DNA of 64,000 bases. Origin: a virus. Taxonomy: Duplodnaviria; Caudoviricetes. Shown here piece after piece: positions 1 through 9,997 of this stretch. The stretch is from the IMG/VR virus record IMGVR_UViG_3300029267_004155; one strand, written 5' to 3'. Below the pieces are notes generated by a model, which had not been told where the DNA came from, searched no databases, and saw only the letters and a list, made by a program, of their open reading frames with translations. The first letter of the stretch is position 1; every line of letters begins with the position of its first letter. The translations under genes were made by a program, and so were the position numbers.

Positions 1-28
1 CGTGGCTGACGGCTACGTGGTGCACAAC
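1..28 (+). mobile_element. Intein C-terminal end (..ADGYVVHN) in the methyltransferase; +1 residue is Cys at 29-31
   Basis: Block G-type ADGxxVHN|C junction replaces the expected PP before the catalytic Cys. Confidence 0.85.
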
Positions 29-811
29 TGCTCCACTTTTTCGATGGCCGGGAGCCGCGAGGAGGTCTGGGGCGAGGAGAAGAGGTTCAGGGAGGGGCAG
101 GCCAAGCAGGTCCTGTCCGACCTCTTCTTCGACTTCCTCGACGTGGTCGACAGGCTCAAGCCGAAGGTGGTCGTGGCCGAGAACGTCAAGGGCATGATCC
201 TGGGGAGGGCGAAGGGCTACTGCAAGCTGATCCGGGACCGGTTCGAGGAGCTCGGCTACGACATGCAGCTGTTCCTGCTGAACGCGGCGACCATGGGCGT
301 CCCGCAGCTCCGGGAGAGGGTCTTCTTCGTGGCGAGGAGGAGGGACCTCGGGCTTCCAGCCCTCCGGCTCAAGTTCGACGAGGAGCCCATCACGTTCGGG
401 GAGGTCTGCCAGGCGCTCCCCTTCCAGGACGTCTCGGAGACGGAGATGAGCGGGACGCACCGGGCCTTCTGGTCGAGGACGCGTCCGGGGGACTCGTACA
501 GCGTGGCGGCCGGGGGCTCCTACTTCAACTTCGCCAGGGTGAGCGGGGAGCGGCCGTGCCCGACCGTCCTGGGGTCGTCGGTGGACAAGCTGTCGCACCA
601 CGAGGAGTTCAGGCGGCTGAGCTGGGTGGAGGTGAGCCTGGTGGGGTCCTACCCGCACGACTACGACTACCTCGGGCGCTCCAGCCGGCTGAAGGTGTAC
701 TGCGTAGGCATGAGCGTGCCTCCGGTGATGACGGCCCAGATCGCGGCGAGGGTCGCCGAGCAGTGGTTCGACGTGCCGGCGGGGACGATAGACGCGGCGT
801 GGGGGGCGTGA
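1..811 (+). CDS. C5 cytosine DNA methyltransferase, 5'-truncated, preceded by the end of an intein
   Basis: Motif IV remainder C-STFSMAG, motif VI ENVKG, motif VIII PQxRERVFF, motif X VGMSVPP. Confidence 0.92.
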   Translation, partial: VADGYVVHNCSTFSMAGSREEVWGEEKRFREGQAKQVLSDLFFDFLDVVDRLKPKVVVAENVKGMILGRAKGYCKLIRDRFEELGYDMQLFLLNAATMGVPQLRERVFFVARRRDLGLPALRLKFDEEPITFGEVCQALPFQDVSETEMSGTHRAFWSRTRPGDSYSVAAGGSYFNFARVSGERPCPTVLGSSVDKLSHHEEFRRLSWVEVSLVGSYPHDYDYLGRSSRLKVYCVGMSVPPVMTAQIAARVAEQWFDVPAGTIDAAWGA

Positions 812-877
812 TGGCCCATCGCTTCCCGTACAAGTGGGTGCCGGACGCCAGGGACGAGTTCGAGATTGGAGAGTGAC

Positions 878-1255
878 ATGGCTACTTTCGGAGAGGTGCT
901 GGCGCAGTTCAAGGAGTCGGAGGAGGCGGAGAACGTCGCTCCGCTGGTGGAGGACGACACGCTCCGGAACGGCGTGATCGCGTGGAAGTCGGTCGTCACC
1001 AGCATCAGGTGCGGGGCCGGCGAGCAGTGCGGGGAGTCCGACCCGGCGCGGCAGTGGGACTGGCTCTGGTCCAGGGTGGAGTTCGACGTCGCCCATTTCG
1101 GCGTCGTGGCGGGATGCCGCGCCCAGGACGCCTCCGGCCTCTTCTCCAGGCTCAAGGGCCTTCGGCTGATCTATCCGGACGGAACCATCCAGGGTTTCGC
1201 CTCCCAGTACCTCCAGGCCATGATAATGGCCAAGCTCAAGAGAGCCTCCAAGTAG
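878..1255 (+). CDS. Hypothetical protein
   Basis: GGAGAG RBS, GC3-rich codons, tiles with neighbours. Confidence 0.7.
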   Translation: MATFGEVLAQFKESEEAENVAPLVEDDTLRNGVIAWKSVVTSIRCGAGEQCGESDPARQWDWLWSRVEFDVAHFGVVAGCRAQDASGLFSRLKGLRLIYPDGTIQGFASQYLQAMIMAKLKRASK

Positions 1256-1275
1256 TCGATTTCCCACTTTCCCGG

Positions 1276-1283
1276 CGTATAAT
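1276..1283 (+). promoter_or_regulatory. -10-like element CGTATAAT
   Basis: Perfect TATAAT in intergenic gap ahead of the AGGAGG RBS of 1320. Confidence 0.55.
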
Positions 1284-1319
1284 GGGGTAGCAGCCGCCTT
1301 TCGCGGCAGGAGGTGACTC

Positions 1320-1979
1320 GTGGCCAAGAAGCATGTTCCGGCCGACCACAAGCGCATTCCGGACGGTGGCAACACGCCGGGGTCGAAGTGGATCGGGAAG
1401 TACGTCGTCTACGACCAGGCTGACGGGGGGTCGTGCTTCGGCAGGATCGTCGACGAGGCCATGGTCAACACCATGCAGGGCGAGAAGGAGGTCTTCATCC
1501 TGGACGACAGGGTGGTCAGGTACCTCCGGAGCACGGACCTGAAGCGCTTCCGGGTGTTCTACCCGAACGTCATCGACGCGCCGCACCTTCGGTCGGCCGG
1601 GACCGTTGACGCCGACGGGAAGTTCCGGGAGGGCAAGGAGGGGATGTTCATGGAGGCCAGGAAGGTCCGCGGGGTGACGACGCTCCGCAAGGACATGATC
1701 GACCTGGACCGGGACGTCGTGGACGTCGAGGAGATGACGAGGCGCGTCGAGGAGAGGCTCGGGAAGGTCGACAGCGACACCCTCTTCATGGCGCTCCTGG
1801 AGGGCCGGAAGGAGATCGGGGACGACGAGGTCGTGGAGGGGGAGGACGCCCTGGACCTCGGGATGCGGACGCTCCTGGGGCAGGGGAAGATGATCGGCGT
1901 CGTCAAGGCCGAGCTGGCGAGGAAGCTAAAAAAGTTGGATAACCAGACAGATGATGGAGGGGACGACGATGGTGACTGA
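1320..1979 (+). CDS. Hypothetical protein
   Basis: AGGAGG RBS, GTG start, coding-like composition. Confidence 0.75.
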   Translation: MAKKHVPADHKRIPDGGNTPGSKWIGKYVVYDQADGGSCFGRIVDEAMVNTMQGEKEVFILDDRVVRYLRSTDLKRFRVFYPNVIDAPHLRSAGTVDADGKFREGKEGMFMEARKVRGVTTLRKDMIDLDRDVVDVEEMTRRVEERLGKVDSDTLFMALLEGRKEIGDDEVVEGEDALDLGMRTLLGQGKMIGVVKAELARKLKKLDNQTDDGGDDDGD

Positions 1980-2211
1980 GATTCCGTCGAAGGAGTTCGA
2001 GAAGGCGGTGGGGGGCTACATCTTCGTCCGCCGGAGCGGCGCGAGGAACGTCGCGAAGGTGAACTGGGTGGACCACGAGAAGAAGCGGTTCGGGTACACG
2101 ATCATGAGCGGCAAGGACAAGGGGTCCGACGCGAGCGCGACGTTCTTCACGGGCACCTTCGTGAAGGTGTTCGACGAGGAGTCGCTCGTGGTGGCCCTGC
2201 TGGAGGCCTGA
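1969..2211 (+). CDS. Hypothetical protein
   Basis: GGAGG RBS, overlaps upstream stop. Confidence 0.65.
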   Translation: MVTEIPSKEFEKAVGGYIFVRRSGARNVAKVNWVDHEKKRFGYTIMSGKDKGSDASATFFTGTFVKVFDEESLVVALLEA

Positions 2212-2465
2212 TGGTTCTGTTCTCTCTATGTCGGAGATGCGGGCACGGCCGGTTGTCGCGGTCCCGCAGGAACGAGCGGGGCGAGCTGGAGGTGAGCCCG
2301 TCGGTCGCGTGCGACCTGGCCGACTCGGGGCTGCTCCTCATGCGCGACGATCCGCCCGGCGACTGCCCTTTCAGGTTGGAGCACGTGTTGGCCATGCAGG
2401 ACGCGGACCCCGAGTTCGCAGACTGGATGAGCGGAAGGAGAGTGGAGGATGAGGCCGTCTTTTGA
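2211..2465 (+). CDS. Hypothetical Cys-containing protein
   Basis: TGATG coupling; CxxC..C..CP pattern. Confidence 0.6.
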   Translation: MVLFSLCRRCGHGRLSRSRRNERGELEVSPSVACDLADSGLLLMRDDPPGDCPFRLEHVLAMQDADPEFADWMSGRRVEDEAVF

Positions 2466-3612
2466 GCTGAGGAGCCGCGAGACGTACCTGGACAACGCCG
2501 CGACGACGATGGTCGATCCGGGCGTGGTCGAGGCCATGATGTCGTATCTGGAGGAGCGCTTCGGGAACCCGGAGACGTCCTACCACCTGGGGGTAGAGGC
2601 CATGCGCGCCGTCGACGAGTCCAGGGAGAAGGTGATGGGCCTGCTGGGCGACCCTCCAGGGGAGGTCTGCTTCACGTCCGGAGGCACCGAGTCCAACAAC
2701 TGGGCCCTGAAGGGCTTCAGGGCCTCGGAGGGCGCGAGGATCGCTGTCTCGGCCGTCGAGCACGGTTCGGTGCTGGATCCGGCCAGGTGGCTGGCGGCGA
2801 CCAGGGGCGTCGAGCTCGTGGAGCTGCCGGTCGACCAGGACGGCGTCGTCTCCCTGGACGCCCTGGACGAGGAGCTGGAGAGGGGGCTCGTCCTCGTCTC
2901 CGTCCAGCACGCCAACAACGAGACGGGGGTGCTCCAGCCGGTGGCCGAGATTGGCGAGAGGCTGAGGGACCGCCTGTGCTTCCTGCACGTGGACGCCTCC
3001 CAGACGTTCGGGAAGATGGAGTTCGACCCGCGCGAGATGGGGGTCGACCTGATGACTCTCTCGGCCCACAAGATGCACGGCCCGATGGGCGTCGGCGCCC
3101 TCTACGTGGGGCCGGAGGTCGGCATCGACCCGCTCCTGCACGGGGGCGGCCAGCAGGGCGGCATGCGTGCCGGGACGATCCCGGTGCAGCAGGTGGTCGG
3201 CTTCGGGGTGGCCTGCGACATGGCCTGGAGCTCCCTCCGGGCGAGCCGGGCCAAGTGGGAAGGCATGAGGCGGGAGGTCGAGGGGCTGGCGGCGCTGGGC
3301 GGCGTGACGGTCAACGGGGGCGGCGCCGAGAGGCTGCCTAACATCGTGAGCCTGACCTTCGACGGGGCCGAGGCGGCTCTGGTGGCGGCGATCCTGGACG
3401 ACAGGTACGGGATTTGCGTGGGTACCGGGGCGGCCTGCTCCAGGGGGGCCAGCTCCCATGTCCTGGAGGCGATGGGGCGAACGAGGGCACAGCGCGCGTC
3501 GACGATCAGGGTGAGCTTCGGGCGCCACAACGACGCGGATGACGCGGGGGTCTTCTCGGCGGCCGCTCAGGCGGCGGTGGAGGAGGCGAGAAGAAGGGAC
3601 CTGATGACATGA
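2449..3612 (+). CDS. iscS: Cysteine desulfurase, IscS/NifS class V PLP enzyme
   Basis: YLDNAATT, FTSGGTESNN, HVDASQ, SAHKMHGP (PLP Lys), GTGAACS (catalytic Cys), IRVSFGR. Confidence 0.95.
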   Translation: MRPSFELRSRETYLDNAATTMVDPGVVEAMMSYLEERFGNPETSYHLGVEAMRAVDESREKVMGLLGDPPGEVCFTSGGTESNNWALKGFRASEGARIAVSAVEHGSVLDPARWLAATRGVELVELPVDQDGVVSLDALDEELERGLVLVSVQHANNETGVLQPVAEIGERLRDRLCFLHVDASQTFGKMEFDPREMGVDLMTLSAHKMHGPMGVGALYVGPEVGIDPLLHGGGQQGGMRAGTIPVQQVVGFGVACDMAWSSLRASRAKWEGMRREVEGLAALGGVTVNGGGAERLPNIVSLTFDGAEAALVAAILDDRYGICVGTGAACSRGASSHVLEAMGRTRAQRASTIRVSFGRHNDADDAGVFSAAAQAAVEEARRRDLMT

Positions 3613-4175
3613 GGTTTGCATTTTTATTTTTATTTCTGGCCCTTGGTGTAGGGTCGTCGGTCCGGGCGGACATCGGTCCAAACGGATTCATGGAGCAGGT
3701 GAGGGCCTACTGGGCCAAAAATGCCAGGTGTACCAGGTGGTTGGACGCCAAGTGGGCCGAGGTCGAGGATGTCGGGTGGGCCGACTGGGGAGAATGGGCC
3801 GGGTTGGTTGAGTCGGCTAACGTCAAGCAGGCCGAAGTGTCCGAGATGGATTGGCCGTACTTCCATGTCCGTTTCTGGCTTGACGAGGGCACGATACTTG
3901 TTGTGGTTTCGAATGAGGAATTAGAGTTCTGGTTAGGGCTTGTGAAGAAACGCCAGGAGGCTGAGCGCCAGAAGATGATCGAGGCTGAGAAGGCCGAGTG
4001 TCTGAGGGAAATCGAGGCCGAGGAGGCCGAGGAGACCGACGAGGAATGGCGGAGAGGACATCCGAGAACCGTGCGGATGAAGCGTTGGTTTGACATCCAT
4101 GCAAGGGAGCGAGGACATGGCGGATCAAGGACAGAGCTCTGGGCCGACCTACAGGCCGAACCCGTCGAACGATGA
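3609..4175 (+). CDS. Trp-rich protein with N-terminal signal peptide (module copy 1)
   Basis: MRFAFLFLFLALGVGSSVRA|D; same leader at 6230. Confidence 0.7.
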   Translation: MRFAFLFLFLALGVGSSVRADIGPNGFMEQVRAYWAKNARCTRWLDAKWAEVEDVGWADWGEWAGLVESANVKQAEVSEMDWPYFHVRFWLDEGTILVVVSNEELEFWLGLVKKRQEAERQKMIEAEKAECLREIEAEEAEETDEEWRRGHPRTVRMKRWFDIHARERGHGGSRTELWADLQAEPVER

Positions 4176-6102
4176 GCAGGAGAAGCTGGAGGATGAGGCG
4201 TATGCTGGCGGTTCCCGCGTCTTCTCCGGCGGCTCCGTCTCCGGGGGCGGGGTGATCCCCAGGGCGTACGGGAGGTCCCAGGAGGGTGGCAATCCCGGCG
4301 TGGTCTCCTGGTACAGCGACCGTGCGTGGGACGACTCCAGGCCCGGCGTGGCCTCGGAGCCGAAGGCTTCAGGATGGGGCCAGTGGGTTTGTCGGTACAA
4401 GAGCGTCGATGACCTAGATCCACCTGGCCCGCTCGACTGGCGGAGTTTTGGGGGCATGGGTCCGCTGGAGGCTTACTTTCGGGGTGGTACGAATCTGCCC
4501 TACACTCCTGGTTGGCATTTTGGGACTCAACTTAGCCCTCCGAGCAAGGACGTGTTTTTCCTTGCCTATCCGTGGCAGGACCGCTCGTGGGGCACGCCGT
4601 GGGTACATCAAGACAGATACGCCCAGTCGGGTAAGTTCGTTCCCAAGACCTGGCGGGTTGAAGGTGTAAGTCCAAGGTACGCGAAGTACGACCCGGTCAT
4701 CTCGCGCGAGACCAACCTGACCGCTCTGGATGGCGGTCCGCTCTTGGACCTCCAGTGCGCCATTGATAACCTGCCAAAGACGGTGACCATCAGATGGTCG
4801 ATAATCGATGGGAAGGATACTTACACCTACTACAAGACGCCGTTCGCGCAGACGACGCCGCATCCGATTGCCAACGCGGCGGACGCGGGGACCGGTCCCT
4901 GGTTCAAGGGTCACAACGAGAACATACCTGGCATCGACGAATGGAAGAGCGATATCATATTTGCGTTCGCCAAGTGGAAGGAGATGCTGGAGACGAGGTA
5001 CACGGGCCTGACCATCAACTTCGTGCAACTACCCGACGAGACCTGGGGTGGTGCTGCTGGTCCGCTTAACGGTGGCATCCCTTTCAGCGTCGCGGACCAT
5101 CCCGAGGCGGCTGATATACGTTTCTCCATGGCTCCGCAGTTTGACTATGATGCTGCCAGCACCCGCCGTCGCCCCCTGTGTCTCGGGTACCCGTCTCTAG
5201 GGAAGTTCGTCTCCATCGGCTCCAACATCACGATCAGCCCCGACTATCGGTGGCGTCCGGACGACAGGTCCGACCCGTTCAGCCTCAGCATTGCGTACTG
5301 CGTGTTCCACGAGATAGGGCACTACCTCGGGATGGCCCACAACAAGGACTGGACGTCCCTGATGCAGGTTTCGCAGCAGTCGCTCTGCCTTGAGAACAAG
5401 CCGAATGCCGGCGGCAACAGCGACAAGGCCTTCTACACGAGCTGGTCTGAGGACCTGAACCCGAGGGTCGGCGGCACGGCGGAGGCTCGCGACATGAACT
5501 GCCTTGACGAGATCAACGGGATTTCCCACAAGTGCGCGGGGAACTGCGAGAGACTTGGCGTGCGAGTTCCGTGTCCCCGGATGGAGGTAACGATCACAGC
5601 TGCCGACGTCTCGCTTCCGAAGACATGGTGCGGGATCACCTGGCAGCCTAGTTCCGTTGAGGATTTGGGTTGGAATGAGAGGTATTCGGGCGAGTCCGCG
5701 ACCGTCTGTCCCAACCGATATGATCTGGCCAAGCGGACAACGTTGCTGCCAGACCCCCCGCCGTATGACAGACGGATCAACCGCTGGCAATACTGGCATG
5801 TGACTGGCCTGGAGTTGGATCGCTACATATACGTACAACCCGATCCATCGGAGTGGTGGCTGTGGCAGCGGGCGGCCACAAACCATCTGCAAGTTGACGG
5901 CCGACAGGACGAGGTGTTCTATTGGTACCACTTCGGTCAGCCTTTCACCTACATCTTGCACTCGCAGCTGGGAGAGATTCTGGGTGTGCCGATACCGACT
6001 TTGAACAGCTACAGGCTGACGAACCCCTTTTTCGGCTTGGTGACGGATGGGAGCGGCGTGACTTTCACGTGGAAGAAGCAGTTGCCCGACCAGTGGCTCT
6101 GA
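4117..6102 (+). CDS. Large protein with metzincin (M10/matrixin-like) Zn-protease domain, copy 1
   Basis: HEIGHYLGMAH, Met-turn TSLM, AFAKW and ADIRFS upstream motifs. Confidence 0.85.
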   Translation: MADQGQSSGPTYRPNPSNDEQEKLEDEAYAGGSRVFSGGSVSGGGVIPRAYGRSQEGGNPGVVSWYSDRAWDDSRPGVASEPKASGWGQWVCRYKSVDDLDPPGPLDWRSFGGMGPLEAYFRGGTNLPYTPGWHFGTQLSPPSKDVFFLAYPWQDRSWGTPWVHQDRYAQSGKFVPKTWRVEGVSPRYAKYDPVISRETNLTALDGGPLLDLQCAIDNLPKTVTIRWSIIDGKDTYTYYKTPFAQTTPHPIANAADAGTGPWFKGHNENIPGIDEWKSDIIFAFAKWKEMLETRYTGLTINFVQLPDETWGGAAGPLNGGIPFSVADHPEAADIRFSMAPQFDYDAASTRRRPLCLGYPSLGKFVSIGSNITISPDYRWRPDDRSDPFSLSIAYCVFHEIGHYLGMAHNKDWTSLMQVSQQSLCLENKPNAGGNSDKAFYTSWSEDLNPRVGGTAEARDMNCLDEINGISHKCAGNCERLGVRVPCPRMEVTITAADVSLPKTWCGITWQPSSVEDLGWNERYSGESATVCPNRYDLAKRTTLLPDPPPYDRRINRWQYWHVTGLELDRYIYVQPDPSEWWLWQRAATNHLQVDGRQDEVFYWYHFGQPFTYILHSQLGEILGVPIPTLNSYRLTNPFFGLVTDGSGVTFTWKKQLPDQWL

Positions 6103-6229
6103 CAAAGGAGGGCGCGAGGGCTGTCGGCCCGGGCGCATCTCGCATGAGGAATCGCGGACATGGCGGGTCGGGGATGGAGCTGCGGGCCGAACCCGCCGAA
6201 CGACGAACGGAAGGAAGGGGTGTGATGTC

Positions 6230-6940
6230 ATGAGATGTGCGTTTTTCTTTTTATTTCTGGCCCTTGGCGTGGGGTCGTCGGTCCGGGCGGACACCCACCC
6301 CGACGAGAGAAGGCCCGAGGGACTCGTTCAAGAGACGGATTTCGGGTGGGTCAGGCTCGCCGAGAGGCGGGCGGCTCGCGATCCTGAGTGGGTCGAGTTG
6401 GCCGAGATGCTGAGGGTCGTGTGGACCGAGTTGATTGAGCGCCAGAAGAGGATCGGGGCTGGCGCTCCCGCGTGGGCCACGTGGGTCGGGTGGGTCGAGT
6501 GGGTGAGGACCGACGATGCCGCGTGGGCCGAGTTGATGAAGGCCGAGTCGACGAGGGCCGAGGATGACGAGTGGGTCGAGCGGATGAGGGCCGAGTGGCC
6601 GAGGAACGACTTTGTGTGGCTCGCGTTGGAAAGTGCCGCGTATGGCGAGGACCGGTTGATGAAGGCCGAGGTCGAGTGGGTCGAGTGGCTGGAGGCAAAG
6701 AGGGTCGAGCGTCCTTCGCCATGCGATTTCACGCGGAAAGTGTGGGTCGAGTGGCTGGAGGCAAAGAGGGTCGAGCGCCGGTGGGCCGACGATCCCGAGT
6801 GGGTCGGGTTGGTTGAGCTGGTCGAGGCCAAGTCGGCCGAGGGGAGGGAGGCCATGTGGGCTCGGCTTCGGAATGTCGAGATCAAGGAAGAAGACGCTGT
6901 GGGGAATGGAGCAGGAAGCATTCGAAGATCATCGAGATGA
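6230..6940 (+). CDS. Trp-rich signal-peptide protein, copy 2 (C-terminus frameshifted relative to copy 1)
   Basis: Near-identical leader; W[AV]E repeats; homologous tail MKRWF..GHGGSRTE lies in another frame after about 6900. Confidence 0.65.
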   Translation: MRCAFFFLFLALGVGSSVRADTHPDERRPEGLVQETDFGWVRLAERRAARDPEWVELAEMLRVVWTELIERQKRIGAGAPAWATWVGWVEWVRTDDAAWAELMKAESTRAEDDEWVERMRAEWPRNDFVWLALESAAYGEDRLMKAEVEWVEWLEAKRVERPSPCDFTRKVWVEWLEAKRVERRWADDPEWVGLVELVEAKSAEGREAMWARLRNVEIKEEDAVGNGAGSIRRSSR

Positions 6941-6973
6941 AGCGTTGGTTTGGTAGTGTAAGGGAGTATGGAC

Positions 6974-8971
6974 ATGGCGGATCAAGGACAGAGCCCTGGA
7001 CCGAGGTACAGGCCGAACCCGTCGAACGACGAGCAGGAGAGGCTGGAGGAGGCCGAGTGGGCTGGTGGCTCCCGTGTCTTCTCCGGCGGCTCCGTCTCCG
7101 GGGGTGGTGTGATCCCCAAGGCGTACGGGAGGGCTCAGGCTCCCAGTCAGAATCCCGGTGTCGTTTCCTGGTACAGCGACCGTGCGTGGGACGACTCCAG
7201 GCCGGGCGTGGCCTCGGAGCCGGAGGCGTTGGAGGTGATGGCGTATGCGCTGTCGTACGAGAGCATTCCGCCTTTCGAGGAGGAATTGCCGGATATCGGG
7301 GGTATGCTGCACTATGGGAAGAACGTGATTCGGCCGCATGAATATCCTGGTTGGTATACGGCGGCGCAAGCTGGCTTTCCGGCGGAGGGCGACCATTTTT
7401 TCTACCTTCTCTATCCGAAGCAGAAAGCCAGCTGGGGCGAGCCTTGGCAGCATGACGACAGGTATGAATATTCGGGCAAGTTCGTTCCGAAGGACTGGGA
7501 GGTTGAAAGCGAGCAGAGGTTCGCGAAGGCCAATCCTATTGTTTCGTGCAAGTCCAATCAGGCCGTTTCGAACGGGGGTCCTCTCTTGGACCTTCAGTGT
7601 GCTATCGACAATTTGCCGACACCTACGACGTTGACCTTCAGATGGTCGATAATTCCGGGAGACCCGGATTACGGCTACTACAAGGTGCCGTTCCCGCAGA
7701 CGGCTCCGCATCCGATCAGGGACGCCGCGGAGGCCGCGTCGGTGGGGGGCGGTTTCTGGTTCAAGGGTCACAACGAGAACATACCAGGCATCGACGAATG
7801 GAGGGCCGACATCGCGTTGGCGTTCGCCAAGTGGAAGGAGATACTGGAGGAGAAGTATCCGGGTCTGATCGTCAACTTCGTGAACATAGCTGATGAGGTT
7901 TGGGGTCTTACCGGGCCGCTTCCCGGCCTTCCCCTGTTCAGGGTCTCGGACCATCCGGAGGCGGCCGACATACGCTTCTCCATGGCAACGATGGGTCTTG
8001 ACGAAGCTGGCCGCACGAACAGGCGCCCCCTGTGTCTTGAGCATCCGTCTCTCGGGGAGGTTGTCTCCATAGGCTCCAACATCAGGATCAACTCCAAGTA
8101 CCGCTGGCGCCCGGACGCCAGGTCCGATCCGTTCAGCCTCAGCATGGCGTACTGCGTGTTCCACGAGATAGGGCACTACCTCGGGATGGCCCACAACGAG
8201 GATTGGACGTCCCTGATGCAGGTCTCGCAGCAGACGACATGCCTCTCCAACAAGCCGAATGGCGGGCCGGGGGGCGCGAGGGCCTTCTACACGAGCTGGT
8301 CTGACGACCTTGATCCCCGGGTTGGTGGCACGGCGAAGGGTCGCGACCAGACCTGCCTCGGCAATCTCAACTCGGCCCCCCACAACTGCGTGATGAATTG
8401 CACGAGACTCGGCGAGCAGGTTCAGTGTCCGCAGATGGAGATAACGATCACGGCCGAGAATCCCGAGGGGGACCTTCCTAAGACGTGGTGCGGGATCACC
8501 TGGCAGCCTCCCTCCGTGGACCCGCTGAGCCCGAACGACAAGCGCTCGGGCGAGTCCGTGACCATCTGTCCCGATCTGTATCGGCTGTCCAAGACAACAG
8601 AGACGACCCCCCTGGTGCCTCTGAAGCGGTTTATCCACTGCCATAAATGGGAAGCGACTGACTTGAACATGACACGTTTGCGCCTGGAGGAGTACAGGCT
8701 GCTTCCGCCGTACGATTTCTACAATGCCAGAGCTTGGAACTGGTTGACAGTTGATGGCCGAAGGGATCGAAGGGAGTATTGGCGACCGTGGTTTTACGCT
8801 CCCATCATCCAGACCCCTTTCGCGCAGCTGGAGAAGATTACGACCGTGCCTTTCGCGACCTTGAACGACTACAGGTTGACGGATGAGTTTTTCGGTTCGT
8901 GGGAGGACGATAGTGGCGTGGGCAAGGTCGTTTTCAAGTGGGTGAAGAGGTGGCCGCCGCAGTGGGACTGA
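6974..8971 (+). CDS. Matrixin-like Zn-protease protein, copy 2
   Basis: HEIGHYLGMAH; long blocks identical to 4117-6102. Confidence 0.85.
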   Translation: MADQGQSPGPRYRPNPSNDEQERLEEAEWAGGSRVFSGGSVSGGGVIPKAYGRAQAPSQNPGVVSWYSDRAWDDSRPGVASEPEALEVMAYALSYESIPPFEEELPDIGGMLHYGKNVIRPHEYPGWYTAAQAGFPAEGDHFFYLLYPKQKASWGEPWQHDDRYEYSGKFVPKDWEVESEQRFAKANPIVSCKSNQAVSNGGPLLDLQCAIDNLPTPTTLTFRWSIIPGDPDYGYYKVPFPQTAPHPIRDAAEAASVGGGFWFKGHNENIPGIDEWRADIALAFAKWKEILEEKYPGLIVNFVNIADEVWGLTGPLPGLPLFRVSDHPEAADIRFSMATMGLDEAGRTNRRPLCLEHPSLGEVVSIGSNIRINSKYRWRPDARSDPFSLSMAYCVFHEIGHYLGMAHNEDWTSLMQVSQQTTCLSNKPNGGPGGARAFYTSWSDDLDPRVGGTAKGRDQTCLGNLNSAPHNCVMNCTRLGEQVQCPQMEITITAENPEGDLPKTWCGITWQPPSVDPLSPNDKRSGESVTICPDLYRLSKTTETTPLVPLKRFIHCHKWEATDLNMTRLRLEEYRLLPPYDFYNARAWNWLTVDGRRDRREYWRPWFYAPIIQTPFAQLEKITTVPFATLNDYRLTDEFFGSWEDDSGVGKVVFKWVKRWPPQWD

Positions 8972-8982
8972 CAAAGGAGAGC

Positions 8983-9297
8983 ATGATGGAGTTGACACAG
9001 GAACAGGTTGACGAGGTGATGGAGGCGGTCAGGGCGTCGGACGAGATGCCGCAGATCGCCGTTCGCGAGTGGATTTCCAGCAACATCCCGGAGGGTCGGG
9101 GCGCCGTCCCGATGGTGATGCGGCGGCTCAGGGAGGATCATCTCGGTGAGATCATGGCGAAGACGTCGCCGATCTTCCTGGGTCGTTTCGCCACCGCCGT
9201 CGAGGGCTCCGACATCGGCGCGGAGCAATGCGACGCCGTCGTCGCGGCCCTCCAGGACGCCCTGGCCAGGGTCCAGGCGAAGAAGGCGAGCCTCTAG
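8983..9297 (+). CDS. Hypothetical protein
   Basis: AAGGAG RBS. Confidence 0.7.
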   Translation: MMELTQEQVDEVMEAVRASDEMPQIAVREWISSNIPEGRGAVPMVMRRLREDHLGEIMAKTSPIFLGRFATAVEGSDIGAEQCDAVVAALQDALARVQAKKASL

Positions 9298-9556
9298 GGG
9301 CGCGGGTCGTGACGGCAGTCGTGGCCGATTTCAAGCATGGGCTGGCCTTGTGGCCCGGGACGAGGGAGGAGGCGCAGGAGCGCCACGCCTCCGTGAGGGC
9401 CCGCTGCAGGGCCCTGAAGGCCCTGGGGGACGCCGACAGGTACCTGAGGGTCCTGGAGGTGGGGGAGGGCGTCGACGAGCTGGAGATGGCCCAGATGAGG
9501 GGGACGGGAAGGATTCCGAGGAGGGTGGTGGCGAGATTTCGAAGGGGCGACTTCGG

Positions 9557-9997
9557 ATGAGGTGGAAGGCGCAGCACGCGATCCTGTGCTCGGCGGTCCT
9601 CGGGGCCTTCGGGGGCGGCATGGCGAGTTTCGTGCCGTGGCCGCTCGTGGCGTCGCTCTCGGCCGTCCTCTCCTGCTTCTGCTGCTTCTTCGGGATGCTG
9701 GTCGGGTACGTGGTGGGGAGGAGGCAGGACGCGATTCGCCTCCTGGAGATGGAGAGGGGGAGGGAGGCCATGGAGGCCGTCATGCGCGAGGGGATGGGCG
9801 GCGTGGGTCCGCTGGTCTCGATGTCGGCGCAGGCGGTGGCCGACCGGGTGGCGGTGAGGATGGCGAGCGAGCTGTTCAGGAACGTGGGCAACGACGAGCA
9901 CCGGGAGGCGGCGATCCTGAGCGGCGCCAGGATAGTCGAGGAGGAGATCGCGGCGCTGGAGGCGTCCCTGGAGTCCTCGCGGGAGGGTCTCCAGTGA
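9557..9997 (+). CDS. Membrane protein, two predicted TM helices
   Basis: Hydrophobic N-terminal segments. Confidence 0.6.
   Translation: MRWKAQHAILCSAVLGAFGGGMASFVPWPLVASLSAVLSCFCCFFGMLVGYVVGRRQDAIRLLEMERGREAMEAVMREGMGGVGPLVSMSAQAVADRVAVRMASELFRNVGNDEHREAAILSGARIVEEEIAALEASLESSREGLQ

Noticed and set aside
2449-3612. DndA / phosphorothioation system
   Set aside because: No dndBCDE or ssp genes nearby; only a generic IscS-type enzyme is supported.
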